DNA of 64,000 nucleotides from Planctomycetota bacterium (GCA_947501605.1 CANMWZ010000013.1:1-64000); one strand, 5' to 3'; positions 1 to 10,029 are shown, numbered from the stretch's first letter. Notes: generated from the letters alone by a model not told the origin. Translations and numbers: made by a program.

Positions 1-57
1 CGACGGGGGAAACAGGAAGCCTTGGTTGGAGTCCTCTGCCTTGCGAAACTGGCCCAT
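1..57 (-). CDS. IS1182-family transposase, N-terminus (continues off the left edge)
   Basis: Not in the ORF track. Minus strand from ATG at 57 reads MGQFRKAEDSNQGFLFPPS, matching the Q-x-FL-x-PPS start typical of IS1182 transposases. AGAGG RBS just upstream. Confidence 0.7.
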   Translation of the reverse strand, partial: MGQFRKAEDSNQGFLFPPS

Positions 58-143
58 GGCCTCTCTACGATAGGCGCGCTCGCAGGGGGTTTTCTTCCCC
101 TCGAATCTGTTGGGGTTCGGAGGGCATCCCGTGACTCAGACTC
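1..143 (-). mobile_element. Left end of an IS1182-like element, junction at CTAG (144-147)
   Basis: The host reading frame stops resembling its family right after CCTAG. The minus strand then reads GAGTCTGAGTCAC..., with the transposase start about 85 nt inside. Confidence 0.6.
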
Positions 144-361
144 CTAGGCCACAACTCGAGGATCTCGGCAACGGTCACGAACGTGAAGACATCGTCGGGC
201 TTCGCTTGCCGCATGAGCTTGCCGATCAGGTAGGCGCGACCTTCTTCGTTCTCCGTGCTGAGGCGGTGTTCGAAGTCTGCGAGAGTCATCTCGCAGTCCC
301 AGAGGAAGTACGGACGACCCGCCTAGTCGACGAGCTTCTCTATGGGGGTCGGGAACAACAT
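144..361 (-). pseudogene. Disrupted small conserved protein (type often found beside AbiEii-like nucleotidyltransferases)
   Basis: ATG at 361 reads MLFPTPIEKLVD*AGRPYFLWDCEMTLADF...GKLMRQAKPDDVFTFV...ELWP. In-frame TAG at 323-325 and truncation at the IS junction. Family link is from recall. Confidence 0.65.
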
Positions 362-475
362 GGATGCGGGGCGGAGTGTAGCCGCGCGGATGTTCTCCGG
401 CGCGCTGGATGATCTCACCGGCGACGACGAGTGCTCGACAGCCGGTCTCCGGCGCCCTGAACACGGAAGGCCCGC

Positions 476-636
476 AGAAGTGGTTTCACAACAAGCCGGC
501 GAGCGAGGCCGAGCAACGAAGGCCGAGGGCAAGGAGCGAATTCGCAGCGGCATCCGTGGATTCCGCGAAGAACTCGCGACGCAGCCAGCGGCCGACGTGC
601 CGGCCGCAGCCGCTGGGGTGTTGTGAAACCACTTCT
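476..636. mobile_element. MITE-like non-autonomous element (~161 bp)
   Basis: Perfect 18-bp terminal inverted repeats AGAAGTGGTTTCACAACA (476-493) / TGTTGTGAAACCACTTCT (619-636), running into CTAG. No credible internal gene. Related copy near 61.1 kb. Confidence 0.8.
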
Positions 637-651
637 AGCTAGAATCCCGCG

Positions 652-1236
652 ATGGACGTCGTCCCCATCGCCCTCGAAGGCAGCCACGTGCGCCTCGAGC
701 CTCTCGAACTCGCCCGCCACTGGGAAGGGCTGCTGACGATCGGCCTCGACCCCTCGCTCTGGCAGTTCACCGCCGCGAGGGTTCGCACCGCGTCCGAGCT
801 ACGCAGCTACCTCGAAGTCGCTCTCGCCGATGGTGCACGCGGCACGGCCTTGCCGTTCGCCATCGTCGATCGCGCGTCGGGTCGCGTTGCTGGCTGCACG
901 CGCTTTGGCAATATCGCGCGCGAACACCGCCGCGCCGAGATCGGGTGGACGTTCCTCGGGACCGAGTTCCAACGAACGGCACGCAACACCGAAGCGAAGT
1001 ACCTGATGTTGGCGCATGCGTTCGAGACGTGGCGTTGCATGCGCGTCGAGTTCAAGACGAGCCGAACCAACCAGAAGAGCCAGAATGCGATGCGACGGCT
1101 CGGGCTCGTCGAAGAGGGCATGTTCCGCAAGTGGATGCTGCTCCCGGACGGCTCGCCGCGGGACGTGGTCTGGTTCTCGGTCATCGACGACGAGTGGCCG
1201 GCGATGAAGGCTCGATTGCAAGAGATGCTGCGCTGA
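652..1236 (+). CDS. GNAT family N-acetyltransferase (RimJ/RimL-like)
   Basis: LEG..VRLEPL, EIGWTFLG, NTEAKYLML.HAFE, RVEFKT, N.KSQ.A..RLG..EG motifs. Confidence 0.92.
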   Translation: MDVVPIALEGSHVRLEPLELARHWEGLLTIGLDPSLWQFTAARVRTASELRSYLEVALADGARGTALPFAIVDRASGRVAGCTRFGNIAREHRRAEIGWTFLGTEFQRTARNTEAKYLMLAHAFETWRCMRVEFKTSRTNQKSQNAMRRLGLVEEGMFRKWMLLPDGSPRDVVWFSVIDDEWPAMKARLQEMLR

Positions 1237-1559
1237 GGCACGTGGCAGTCGTGCCGTAGCCGATACGCCTACGGTGACGAAGGGACGGCCAGGCGCCCCC
1301 GGAGGAGCGCAGCCGACGCACACAGAAGGCGGCGACCTTCCGCGACGCCCTACCAGCCCAGCACTCCCTCGTGCAACGCAATCGACGCATGCGGATGAGT
1401 CAGCGCCTTTGTCGCCACCGTCACCAACGCGACGACGCGACGGCGTTGCGCACTGGCACCGAGACCGACCCACGCAGCGAGCGCAACGATCACCGGCAGC
1501 AGCATCCTGCTCCTCACTGATTTGCACAGCTCCGAGCCAACAAGCTCGAATGCGTCGAC

Positions 1560-2156
1560 TCAATGCACGACTTCGGTCCGCGTGACCCCCGCCGTCACGC
1601 AGAAGCGCAGCGCGTCCTCGGTCTTCATTGGCACCTCGCGGACCTTTGCGCGCGGCACGATGACGGTGAAGCCACCGATCTGGTAGCTCATGGGCAGATA
1701 CACCGCGACACAGCCTGGCTCGAAGCCCGGCAAGTCAGAGCAGTCTTCGCGAGTCAAGAACCCAACCTGCTCGCAGCCGTTCGGCATCAGCACGAGCACG
1801 ACTTTTTGGAACGGCCGCTGCTCGGCGCCAAACAACTGCACGACATCGACGATCATCCCATAGACCGACTTGATGACGGGGATGCGCTGCAGCAGCGAGG
1901 TGATCGCGCGGTAAATCGTGCGGAGCAAAAACGAGTAGGTCAGCAGACCGACGGCCATCACCAGAATGATGGAGACCGCAAACCCCATCCCCGGCCAGTA
2001 GTGCCATTCGAGCTTCAGCTCGGCGAACAGCCAGACCAGGAACTCGCGCCGCAGCTGTTCGCCAGCAGCGACAGCGGCATAGACCAGGTATCCGGTCAGT
2101 GCCAACGGCAGAATGGCGGCCAGTCCGCGGAAGAAGAGTTTGCCGAGCGTGTGCAT
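1560..2156 (-). CDS. DUF502 family membrane protein
   Basis: FFRGL..LP...T, RIPVIKSVY, VAVYLPMSYQIGGFT, EDALRFCVTAG. Start placed at MHTLGK. Confidence 0.88.
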   Translation of the reverse strand: MHTLGKLFFRGLAAILPLALTGYLVYAAVAAGEQLRREFLVWLFAELKLEWHYWPGMGFAVSIILVMAVGLLTYSFLLRTIYRAITSLLQRIPVIKSVYGMIVDVVQLFGAEQRPFQKVVLVLMPNGCEQVGFLTREDCSDLPGFEPGCVAVYLPMSYQIGGFTVIVPRAKVREVPMKTEDALRFCVTAGVTRTEVVH

Positions 2157-2382
2157 CGCGGAGCCATTGTGTCGGCGCGTGCGGCGCGGCGCATGAAGTG
2201 CCTGCGCCAATCGTCACGTGTTCGCCCGTGTCCCGTGTGGGCGACACTGGTATCGGCCACGGTAGCGGTGCGTTGCCGGGGTTTGTGCGGAAGCCCCAAG
2301 GCAACGGGGGCTTAGGGCATGGCGCTACAGCGAGGTATCCTTCTTGCTGAGCGGCGCGCCCTCGACCCGAAGCCGGCCCCCC

Positions 2383-4230
2383 ATGACGACATTGCGCCTA
2401 TTGCCCGCGATCGCGGCCCTCCTGTTCTCCTGCTTGCTGAGTGCAGAGCTCGGAGCCCAACGCCCGAACCCCAGGCCGGCGCCGAGTTCCCCTTCCCCGG
2501 CCTCTTCGCCTCGCCCTAGCGCTGGCCCGTCCTCGTCGCCGCGCCCGAGCGTGGCGCCATCCGCCCCGCGCCCGAGCGTTGCTCCCGCGCCGCGCCCTCA
2601 GTCGATGCCATCCGCGCCGCGTCCGAGCATCAACTCCAACCCGCGGCCCCAACCCAACTGGCAACCGACGCCGAGCCCGCGCCCTTCGCCACAACCGTCG
2701 GCGACGCCGCGCCCCTCGCGCCCGACCTATACGCCAGCTGCGCCGAGTCCGACCTACACGCCGCCGTCTGCCTCCAATCCCTCGATTCCCGGCAATCGCC
2801 CGCGTCCCACCTACACCCCGCGCCCCGCACCTCAGTCCGGCGGGATTCGCACACCGGGCGCCAGCAAGCCGTCGAACCCAACTAGCGTTCCTTCGATCTC
2901 GCCATCGGCACCTGGCGCGCGACCAACTCCAAGGGGCCCGACTCCGCCTCGCGCCATCGGCGGCGGCGTGCGTGTCCCCGATCGCTACCAACCGGCGCCG
3001 CGGCCGCGCACGGACACCGGTGGTAGCTCCAGTCCGGGAACGCGTCCACGTGGCGACGGCGGCGCGACAGTCGGCGGCGCCCAGGTACGGCCGGCAAACC
3101 CGGGCCTCGCGGCGCGGCCGCGTTCGGCCCTCGGCGCCGTGACGACGCCGCAAGTTGTGGATCGGTACGTCCCCGGCCGCCCCAATGCCGGCCCCCGCGA
3201 CACCACCGGCCCGCGCGCGAACTCGCGACCGCAACCGCCGAGCACGACGCCGCTGCAGACCAGCGCCGGTCGCCCGCGCGCCAACGTCGCGGTGCCCAAC
3301 CTGATCGTCCGTCCGCGCACCCCACCAAACACCGCAAACTTCGGGGCCACGCGGCACTACTACGGCGGCTCGTGCTACGGGCCGGTGTGGAGCCCCGTGC
3401 GCAACTGGGGCTACTGGAATCCGCACTGCGCGAGCTCGTTCGCGTGGAATGTCGGCTTCGGTTCCAGCGCGTTCTGCTGGGGCTGGTCATCGTGGCAACC
3501 GTGGCACTGCTACTACCCGCGCAGCCGTTGGTTCTCCTCGTGGGGTTACTGCTGGTGGGACCCGTGGTACTCGCCGTGCGCGACGCCGATCTGGTGGATG
3601 CCCGCCAGCTACTGTTCGCCGCTGTGGTACCAGACCAGCTACGTCTCGTATGCCTCACCGAGCACCGTGGTTGTTGTCGACCGTCCCGCAAGTGATGACA
3701 CCATCTACGTCGATGCGAGTGCACGGGACCTGACACCCGAAGAACAAGGGCGCCGCTATGCCGACTACGGCGACTACTACTTCAAGGAAGGCCGCTTCCG
3801 CGACGCCGCCGATGCCTACGCCAAGGCACGGTCCCTGCTGCCGGGCGATGCTTCGCTGCACTTCGTCATGGCCGACGCGGTGTTCGCCCTCGCCGACTAC
3901 CACTTCGCGGCGTTCTTGATCGGCGAGGCCTTGCGCCTCGAACCGGGCCTCGCCGGCGCCGAAACCGACAAGCGCCTGCTCTACAAGGAGCCCAAGGTCT
4001 TCGAGGACCAGATGGCAGCGCTACGTCGCTATCTCGAAGCCAAGCCCTACGACGCAATGGCGCAGCTCGTGCTCGGCTACAACCTCAAGTTCTCTGATCA
4101 GCAGAAGGCTGCGGAGACCGCGTTCGTGCGGGTACTCGAGATCGACCCAATGAACACTTCTGCCACGCTGTTCTTGGAGGCCCTGCGTGCACCGAGAGAG
4201 GCCAAGGCCGCGGTCGAAGCAGGAAAGTGA
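2383..4230 (+). CDS. Secreted Pro/Ser-rich protein with W/Y/C-rich segment and C-terminal TPRs
   Basis: Signal peptide, long P/S/R low-complexity region, aromatic segment, TPR-like helices (GDYYFKEGRFRDAADAY). Confidence 0.8.
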   Translation: MTTLRLLPAIAALLFSCLLSAELGAQRPNPRPAPSSPSPASSPRPSAGPSSSPRPSVAPSAPRPSVAPAPRPQSMPSAPRPSINSNPRPQPNWQPTPSPRPSPQPSATPRPSRPTYTPAAPSPTYTPPSASNPSIPGNRPRPTYTPRPAPQSGGIRTPGASKPSNPTSVPSISPSAPGARPTPRGPTPPRAIGGGVRVPDRYQPAPRPRTDTGGSSSPGTRPRGDGGATVGGAQVRPANPGLAARPRSALGAVTTPQVVDRYVPGRPNAGPRDTTGPRANSRPQPPSTTPLQTSAGRPRANVAVPNLIVRPRTPPNTANFGATRHYYGGSCYGPVWSPVRNWGYWNPHCASSFAWNVGFGSSAFCWGWSSWQPWHCYYPRSRWFSSWGYCWWDPWYSPCATPIWWMPASYCSPLWYQTSYVSYASPSTVVVVDRPASDDTIYVDASARDLTPEEQGRRYADYGDYYFKEGRFRDAADAYAKARSLLPGDASLHFVMADAVFALADYHFAAFLIGEALRLEPGLAGAETDKRLLYKEPKVFEDQMAALRRYLEAKPYDAMAQLVLGYNLKFSDQQKAAETAFVRVLEIDPMNTSATLFLEALRAPREAKAAVEAGK

Positions 4231-4300
4231 GCCACGCTCCGGCATGGCAAAGTGGTCCGAGTCGCTGATCAAGACGCGAGTCGACCTCGACGGATCGAGT

Positions 4301-6124
4301 TCAAACGGCGCGTGCCACCGCGTTGCGCGCGAGCAGCGTGAACAGCTCGTCGAAGTCGAACGGTTTCTCGACCAGAGGCCGCGTGCAGCGCCGACTGAAC
4401 GCCGCCGACTCGGGTGACGCCAGATCCCCAGTGAAGAAGACGAACCGCTGCAGGACCTCAGGATCCTGCTGCTGCAAACGGTCGTGCAGGCCGATGCCCC
4501 CAATCCCCGGCATCCGAAGATCGCATAGGACGGTGTCAACCTGCCCAAACTGCACGGCGAGGCCAAGCGCTTCCTCGGCACTGCGTGCATCGGTCACCGA
4601 CCACCCTCGTCGTTCCGCCTGCCCGCGCACCACAGCCCTCACCCCGTCATCGTCGTCGATCACCAGCAGGCGTCCCGGACGGCTCCTGGGCGCCGGCGTA
4701 TCGCCATCGCCGATCGCGGCGAGCTCCGAGTTCGGCACGGTCACGCGAAAGCAGGCGCCGCGTCCACCCGGTCCATCCTCGATCGCGATCGTGCCACCAT
4801 TGGCACGGACGATCGCATGCGCGATCGACAGCCCGAGGCCGGTGCCCTTGCCTGGGTCCTTGGTGGTGAAGAACGGTTCAAACAAGCGGGCGCGCAGTTC
4901 GGGTGGCACACCTGGCCCCTGATCGGACACCGTGAACTCGGCGCCGTCAGGCGTGGCGCTGACCGCGAGTACGATTTCGCCGCGCGGAGGACTCGCCTGC
5001 ATCGCGTTGACGACCAGATTGGTCAACACCTGCTCCAGCCCGATCCGGTCCGAGATCAGCCGCAGCGGGCCGACAGGTAGCACGCGCATCACCGGCGCGT
5101 CCGGCGAGGAGCCGCGTTGGATGCCGCGCACGATGCGATCGACCAAATCCTGCAGCGACAGCTCCGCCACCGACCGTCGCCGCTGCCCAGCGAGTGCCGA
5201 CAGGTTGCGCACGATGGCACGGCATCGTTCGGCCTGCTCGCCGACGACCTTGGCGGCAGCCGCGCCATCCTGGCCGTCGAGCAACTCGGCATAACCGAGG
5301 ATGACCGTCAGTGGGTTGTTCAATTCGTGCGCGACACCGGACACCAAAGTGCCGAGCGCGCGCAACTTCTCGTCGCGGTCAATCGTCCTCTGCAACTGGG
5401 CCCGCTCGCGCTCGGCCGCGCGCATCCGAGCGTGGGTTGCCAACAAGACGCTGATGATCAATCCCGTACCCAGCGTGAGCTGCACCGCGAGGTCGATGAA
5501 GCTGTTGAACGCGAGCACGTAACGCAACAGCGGGATCGACGTGTGCCACAGCACTGCGACCGCGTGGATACCCCACGACAGCGCAAGGCCCATCAGCGCC
5601 AGACGAACCAAGAGCATCCCCGAGCCAATCGCTGAATCGCGCGGCAGAACACGAACGGAAGCGATCGCGCAACCGATCATCATCGGCGCCTGCAACGCCA
5701 GTAGGTCTTCGATGTGAGGAATGACCATTGGCGCGCAGGTCATTGCCAACACGAGCGGCCACCATGCGCGCACCAACCATCGCGGCGACTCGTGGCCGAC
5801 GAACTGATGGCTGCCACGCAGCAGGAAGAGTCCGAACAGCGTCTTCAAGCCACCGTAGCCCATGTAGCTCAGCACCGCAGCCCAGCGACCGTCGGCCCAC
5901 GCGTCGTTGTTCGGCACGCGATCGTGGCTGATGAAGAACCGGAAACTCATGATCGTGAGCGCTCCGGCGAGAGCCAAGAATGCTCTCGAGTAGTCAGCCA
6001 CAGCCTTCGACGCCGGTTCGCTGCGCCGCACGCGCATCAGCACGGCCACGAAGATCCAAGCCAAGAAGGCCTGGACGAACAGCCCCAGTAGGGCGATCAG
6101 GCCGATGCTCTTGAGGAGAAACAC
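4301..6124 (-). CDS. Membrane-bound hybrid histidine kinase/response regulator
   Basis: About 7 TM segments, AHELNNPL H-box, NLVVNA, DQGPG, FFTTK, GTGLGL, C-terminal REC (VIDDD, LCD, KPF). Start (GTG 6124) uncertain. Confidence 0.9.
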   Translation of the reverse strand: MFLLKSIGLIALLGLFVQAFLAWIFVAVLMRVRRSEPASKAVADYSRAFLALAGALTIMSFRFFISHDRVPNNDAWADGRWAAVLSYMGYGGLKTLFGLFLLRGSHQFVGHESPRWLVRAWWPLVLAMTCAPMVIPHIEDLLALQAPMMIGCAIASVRVLPRDSAIGSGMLLVRLALMGLALSWGIHAVAVLWHTSIPLLRYVLAFNSFIDLAVQLTLGTGLIISVLLATHARMRAAERERAQLQRTIDRDEKLRALGTLVSGVAHELNNPLTVILGYAELLDGQDGAAAAKVVGEQAERCRAIVRNLSALAGQRRRSVAELSLQDLVDRIVRGIQRGSSPDAPVMRVLPVGPLRLISDRIGLEQVLTNLVVNAMQASPPRGEIVLAVSATPDGAEFTVSDQGPGVPPELRARLFEPFFTTKDPGKGTGLGLSIAHAIVRANGGTIAIEDGPGGRGACFRVTVPNSELAAIGDGDTPAPRSRPGRLLVIDDDDGVRAVVRGQAERRGWSVTDARSAEEALGLAVQFGQVDTVLCDLRMPGIGGIGLHDRLQQQDPEVLQRFVFFTGDLASPESAAFSRRCTRPLVEKPFDFDELFTLLARNAVARAV

Positions 6125-6570
6125 GGGCGCACCGCAGCATACGGCGGCACCGGCCCGCCTCACGCCTGGGATTGGGCCCCGCCCCATCAGACACCGCACT
6201 TCCTGCTGTCGATGGGCACGCGTGCCAGTGCTGCCGCACGACCTTCCATCCGGCTACGCGATTTGCGATGCGGGCTCGCCTCGACGAAGCGAGGCCTTTT
6301 CGCTGCGAATCGTCAACACCCCGAGTCGCCCTCGCGCACCTTGCGAGCCAACCATGAAGTGGCCACAGGCGCGACAAGGTCGGGCCCCGAGGCACTCTTT
6401 GCGGCCTCGGCACTGCGGCGATCGCCGCCCCAGAGGCTCGGGGCAGCTCCGATTCAGGGCGGGCGGTCCGAACTCGCGTTCCTCTTCACATCCACCGCAC
6501 CGCGGGATGCCGCCATGCCTCCACCATGCGCGCCGTTCCCCTAGCCATACCCTGCCGCTAGCCTGCGCGG

Positions 6571-7746
6571 ATGGCCCGTCGCATCGACACCTACCTCCAG
6601 GCCCTCCTCCCCGACGAGAAGTTCGCGTTCTACGAGTCCGTCCGGGACTTCGCCGACTCTGAGATCGCGCCCCATTTGCTGGACTGGGAACGTCAGCACA
6701 TCCTGGTCCCGGACGCTTGCGTCCAAGCGATGGGCGACCTCGGCCTCTTTGGCTTGCCGATCCAGGAGCAGTACGGCGGCCAGGGCGGCGACCACACCGA
6801 CCTCGTGCTGATGGGCATGGCGATCGCCTACCACAGCCAGTCGGTCGCGATCACGCCCGGCGCGGCGGTTTCGCTGGGCGCCAAACCGCTGCAACTCTGT
6901 GGCACCGAGGCGCAGAAGAAGGCACACCTGCCCGATCTCGCTGCCGGCAAGCGCATGTTCGTGTTTGGCCTGTCCGAGCCCGGCCGCGGCAGCGACGCCG
7001 CCAATCCCGAGGTCACGGCGATCAGGAAGGGCGATCGTTGGGTGATCTCCGGCGAGAAGTGCTGGTCCACCAACGCGCACTGGGCGAGTCACGTGGTCGT
7101 GCATGCGCTGACCGACAAGAACGGCAAGAACGGTCGCCGCTCAACCTGCTTCATCGTTCCGATGGACCAGAAGGGCGTGCACTACCAGGAAATGAAGGGC
7201 AAGAAGGTCTGGGAGCAGTCCTCGACCGGTTCGATCATGTTCGACAACGTCGAGGTCCCGCACGACGCGATCCTGGGCGCCGAGAACGACGGCTTCAAAG
7301 TCATGGTCACCACGCTCAACGGTGGCCGCCTGTTCATTGCCGGCCTTGCGCTCGGCTCGCTCGCGTTCGCGTTGGACAAGTGCCGCATCTACGCGGAGGA
7401 GCGCACGCAGTTCGACAATCAGCCGATCGGTCGTTTCCAGCGCGTGCAGGACGTGATCGTCGACATGGACATCGCCCTCGAACGCAATCTGACGTGGCTC
7501 ATGCACTGCTGCAAGCTGTTCGAAGCGGGCACGCTGTCGCGCGAACAAGCAGCGAAGGTCAAGGTCGACTGCAGCCGCGTCGCCAGCGATCTACTGGTAC
7601 AGGCAATGGAGATCTGCGGCGGCGTCTCGTGCTTTGACGAGTTCGGTTTGATCCGCCACCACAACGACCTGTTCGTCACGCGCGTCGGCGAAGGCAGCAA
7701 CTTCGCGCTGAAGGACCTCATCGTGCGTCCGCTGCGCCAAGCCTGA
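6571..7746 (+). CDS. Acyl-CoA dehydrogenase
   Basis: FGLSEPG.GSD, ISGEKCW, LNGGR, RTQF..PIG.FQ, GEGS motifs. Confidence 0.93.
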   Translation: MARRIDTYLQALLPDEKFAFYESVRDFADSEIAPHLLDWERQHILVPDACVQAMGDLGLFGLPIQEQYGGQGGDHTDLVLMGMAIAYHSQSVAITPGAAVSLGAKPLQLCGTEAQKKAHLPDLAAGKRMFVFGLSEPGRGSDAANPEVTAIRKGDRWVISGEKCWSTNAHWASHVVVHALTDKNGKNGRRSTCFIVPMDQKGVHYQEMKGKKVWEQSSTGSIMFDNVEVPHDAILGAENDGFKVMVTTLNGGRLFIAGLALGSLAFALDKCRIYAEERTQFDNQPIGRFQRVQDVIVDMDIALERNLTWLMHCCKLFEAGTLSREQAAKVKVDCSRVASDLLVQAMEICGGVSCFDEFGLIRHHNDLFVTRVGEGSNFALKDLIVRPLRQA

Positions 7747-7896
7747 ACGCGGCAAGGCCCCGCGCCGCGGGCGATAGTGTTCCGGTGCAGTAACGAACCA
7801 CTTGGGCGCGGACCGCCCGCGGCTACGACTGCTCGGCGCGCGCCGCAGCAGGCACGCTCCTTGCGCAGGCCGATCACCCTGACCATGGAGGTCGTG

Positions 7897-10029
7897 ATGC
7901 GTGTCGCCCTATTGAGCTCGTCCGTTCTGATTGCATTCCTACCGACGTTGCCGCTCGTGGCTCAAACCGCCGAGTTCTCGCTTGCGGACCTGGCGGGACA
8001 CTACACGGCAGTCGAGCGCGAGCTCCGCGACGCGCCGTTGCCCAAGGACCCCACCATCGCGGTGCGACGACTTGCCGCCATCGACCTACTGCACGAGTAC
8101 CGCGTGCGTGGCAACTTCGGCGACGACTTGTCCGACTCGGGATTGCGCAACGCGCTGTTCATCGACGACGCCGGACGCCGGTGCGCGGTTGCCTTCTTGT
8201 TGGACCGCACGGGCCGCAGCGACCTGACGAACACGATCGCCGAGCAGTACAACGACGCGTGGATCGTCGAGTTGGCCAACGATTCCGAGCTGCGGAGCTG
8301 GCTCCACACCAACGGCCTGACACTCGCCGAGGCGGCGCGGATCCAAGGACCGAGCGGGGGTAACCCTCGCGGCAATCCGCCGCCGCCGCCGCCAACGCCT
8401 GGTATCCCGTGGCTCTCACCCAGCCCGTCCGAGCCGGACGCGCCGCCGGAACCCAGTGCCCCATTCTGGCGTGCGCCCGCGGCCGCAACGACGCCGTCGG
8501 CGGTGCCGCCTGCAAGCAACCAACCGACCGAGTCGCCGGCGCGCCGGACACCAGGGATGCCGATCACGGCACTGCCCGCCCCCGCATGGAGCCTGTGGTG
8601 GGACTGGAATCGCGATCGCTTCGAGCCGCCAACGATCGCGCCCGAGGACGACACCGCGAATACCCGCGTACGCGCGATCTCCCGCGAGCAGGTGGTCACG
8701 GTGCTGCGCACGCTGGCCGGCCATGCCCAGGCGGATGTTCGCGCGGCCGCCATGCAGGCTCTCGGCCGCATGCTTGCGCTCAACGCCAACGATGCAGAGG
8801 GCCTGGAGCAGTCCGTTCGCGAAGTGCGCCTCCGTACGCTCGCGACAGCGGCGTACACGCCCGACCTCAAGGAACTCCATCGCTTTGCCAAGACGACGCT
8901 GCCCGCACTGCACGGCGAAGCGGCGCTCGTCGCGCTCGCCGCCTGCGCGTGCAGCACCAACAGCTCTTTCGGCGGCATGATCGAGCAGCACCTGATCGAC
9001 GCGTTTCTAGCGACTAGCCCGGACACCGTCGCCGCAGCAGCTCTGGCGGCCGCGAAGGACAGCAGACCTCGCCTGCGTGAACTGGCTCGCTCGATCGTGC
9101 GCGACGATGGCGCTGAGTGGCGTCGCGGCTTGCTGGCCGCCACGCTCGCGCCAGGAGCTAGCACCGACGACGTCGCCGCGCTGACCATTGCGCTCGGTGC
9201 CCGCAGCCCCGCCGTGCGCCGCGCCGCGGCGATCGCACTCGGTCATAGCCGTGCCGAGTTCGCGCTCCCGGCCCTACTGACCGCCTACGAACTCGAACAC
9301 GAGCAGGGCGTCAAAGGCACGCTACTGCTCGCGGTCGGCGACCACGGCGGCGGCGCGGCCGTGCCGTTCTTGCGCAAGGAACTCGTGGACGGTCCCCGCG
9401 CGCTGCGCGTGCTGACTGCCATCGGCCTCGGCATGGCGGCCCACGGGCACGACAAGGACGACGAGACCGCGCACCTGATCGCGGCGATGCGAGCCGACCA
9501 CAACCGCGACCACACCGGCGGCTACCTCCTAGCTCTCGGCTTGACCGGCGATGTGCGCGCGCTTCCGACCCTGCACGCCGAACTGCACGGCGCCCCGACG
9601 AGCGTGGAGCGCGGGGCCGCCGCCAGCGCCATCGGCCTCCTGCGCGATCCCGCTTCGATCCCGCAACTGACGCTTGCCGCCGGACAGGACAGTTGCCCAT
9701 GGGTCCGCTGTCAGTGCGTACGAGCACTCGGACGGATCGGCGACGAGGCAACCGACACCCTGCGCGACCTGCTGCAAAGGGACGCGAACATTGACGTGCA
9801 GGCGGCCGCCGCCGCAGCGCTCGGCGACGTCGCCTCGTCCCGCGCCGCCGCCGGACTCCTCGCCGCCGCGCGCGACCCAGACTCGCCACCTGCCGTGCTG
9901 GTCGGCGTCGCCCTGGGCCTCGGCCGCCACTTCCGTACTACCGAGCCGCAACTGCCGACCGCTCGTGCGGCGATGGACCCGCAGGCAATGCCGGCGTTGA
10001 TTGCCTGGGTCGCAGGCCAGGACCTCTGA
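7897..10029 (+). CDS. Secreted HEAT-repeat protein with uncharacterised N-terminal domain and Pro-rich linker
   Basis: GGAGG RBS, signal peptide, repeated VR.AAA.ALG HEAT units. Confidence 0.78.
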   Translation: MRVALLSSSVLIAFLPTLPLVAQTAEFSLADLAGHYTAVERELRDAPLPKDPTIAVRRLAAIDLLHEYRVRGNFGDDLSDSGLRNALFIDDAGRRCAVAFLLDRTGRSDLTNTIAEQYNDAWIVELANDSELRSWLHTNGLTLAEAARIQGPSGGNPRGNPPPPPPTPGIPWLSPSPSEPDAPPEPSAPFWRAPAAATTPSAVPPASNQPTESPARRTPGMPITALPAPAWSLWWDWNRDRFEPPTIAPEDDTANTRVRAISREQVVTVLRTLAGHAQADVRAAAMQALGRMLALNANDAEGLEQSVREVRLRTLATAAYTPDLKELHRFAKTTLPALHGEAALVALAACACSTNSSFGGMIEQHLIDAFLATSPDTVAAAALAAAKDSRPRLRELARSIVRDDGAEWRRGLLAATLAPGASTDDVAALTIALGARSPAVRRAAAIALGHSRAEFALPALLTAYELEHEQGVKGTLLLAVGDHGGGAAVPFLRKELVDGPRALRVLTAIGLGMAAHGHDKDDETAHLIAAMRADHNRDHTGGYLLALGLTGDVRALPTLHAELHGAPTSVERGAAASAIGLLRDPASIPQLTLAAGQDSCPWVRCQCVRALGRIGDEATDTLRDLLQRDANIDVQAAAAAALGDVASSRAAAGLLAAARDPDSPPAVLVGVALGLGRHFRTTEPQLPTARAAMDPQAMPALIAWVAGQDL

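Noticed and set aside
323..325. Amber recoding or an alternative genetic code
   Set aside because: TAG is a normal stop elsewhere (12064, 15172, 21195, 57866), and the gene is also IS-truncated.
1237..1559. ORFs or ncRNA between the convergent GNAT and DUF502 genes
   Set aside because: The ORFs are not protein-like, and the two short hairpins after the GNAT stop are enough to suggest termination but nothing more.
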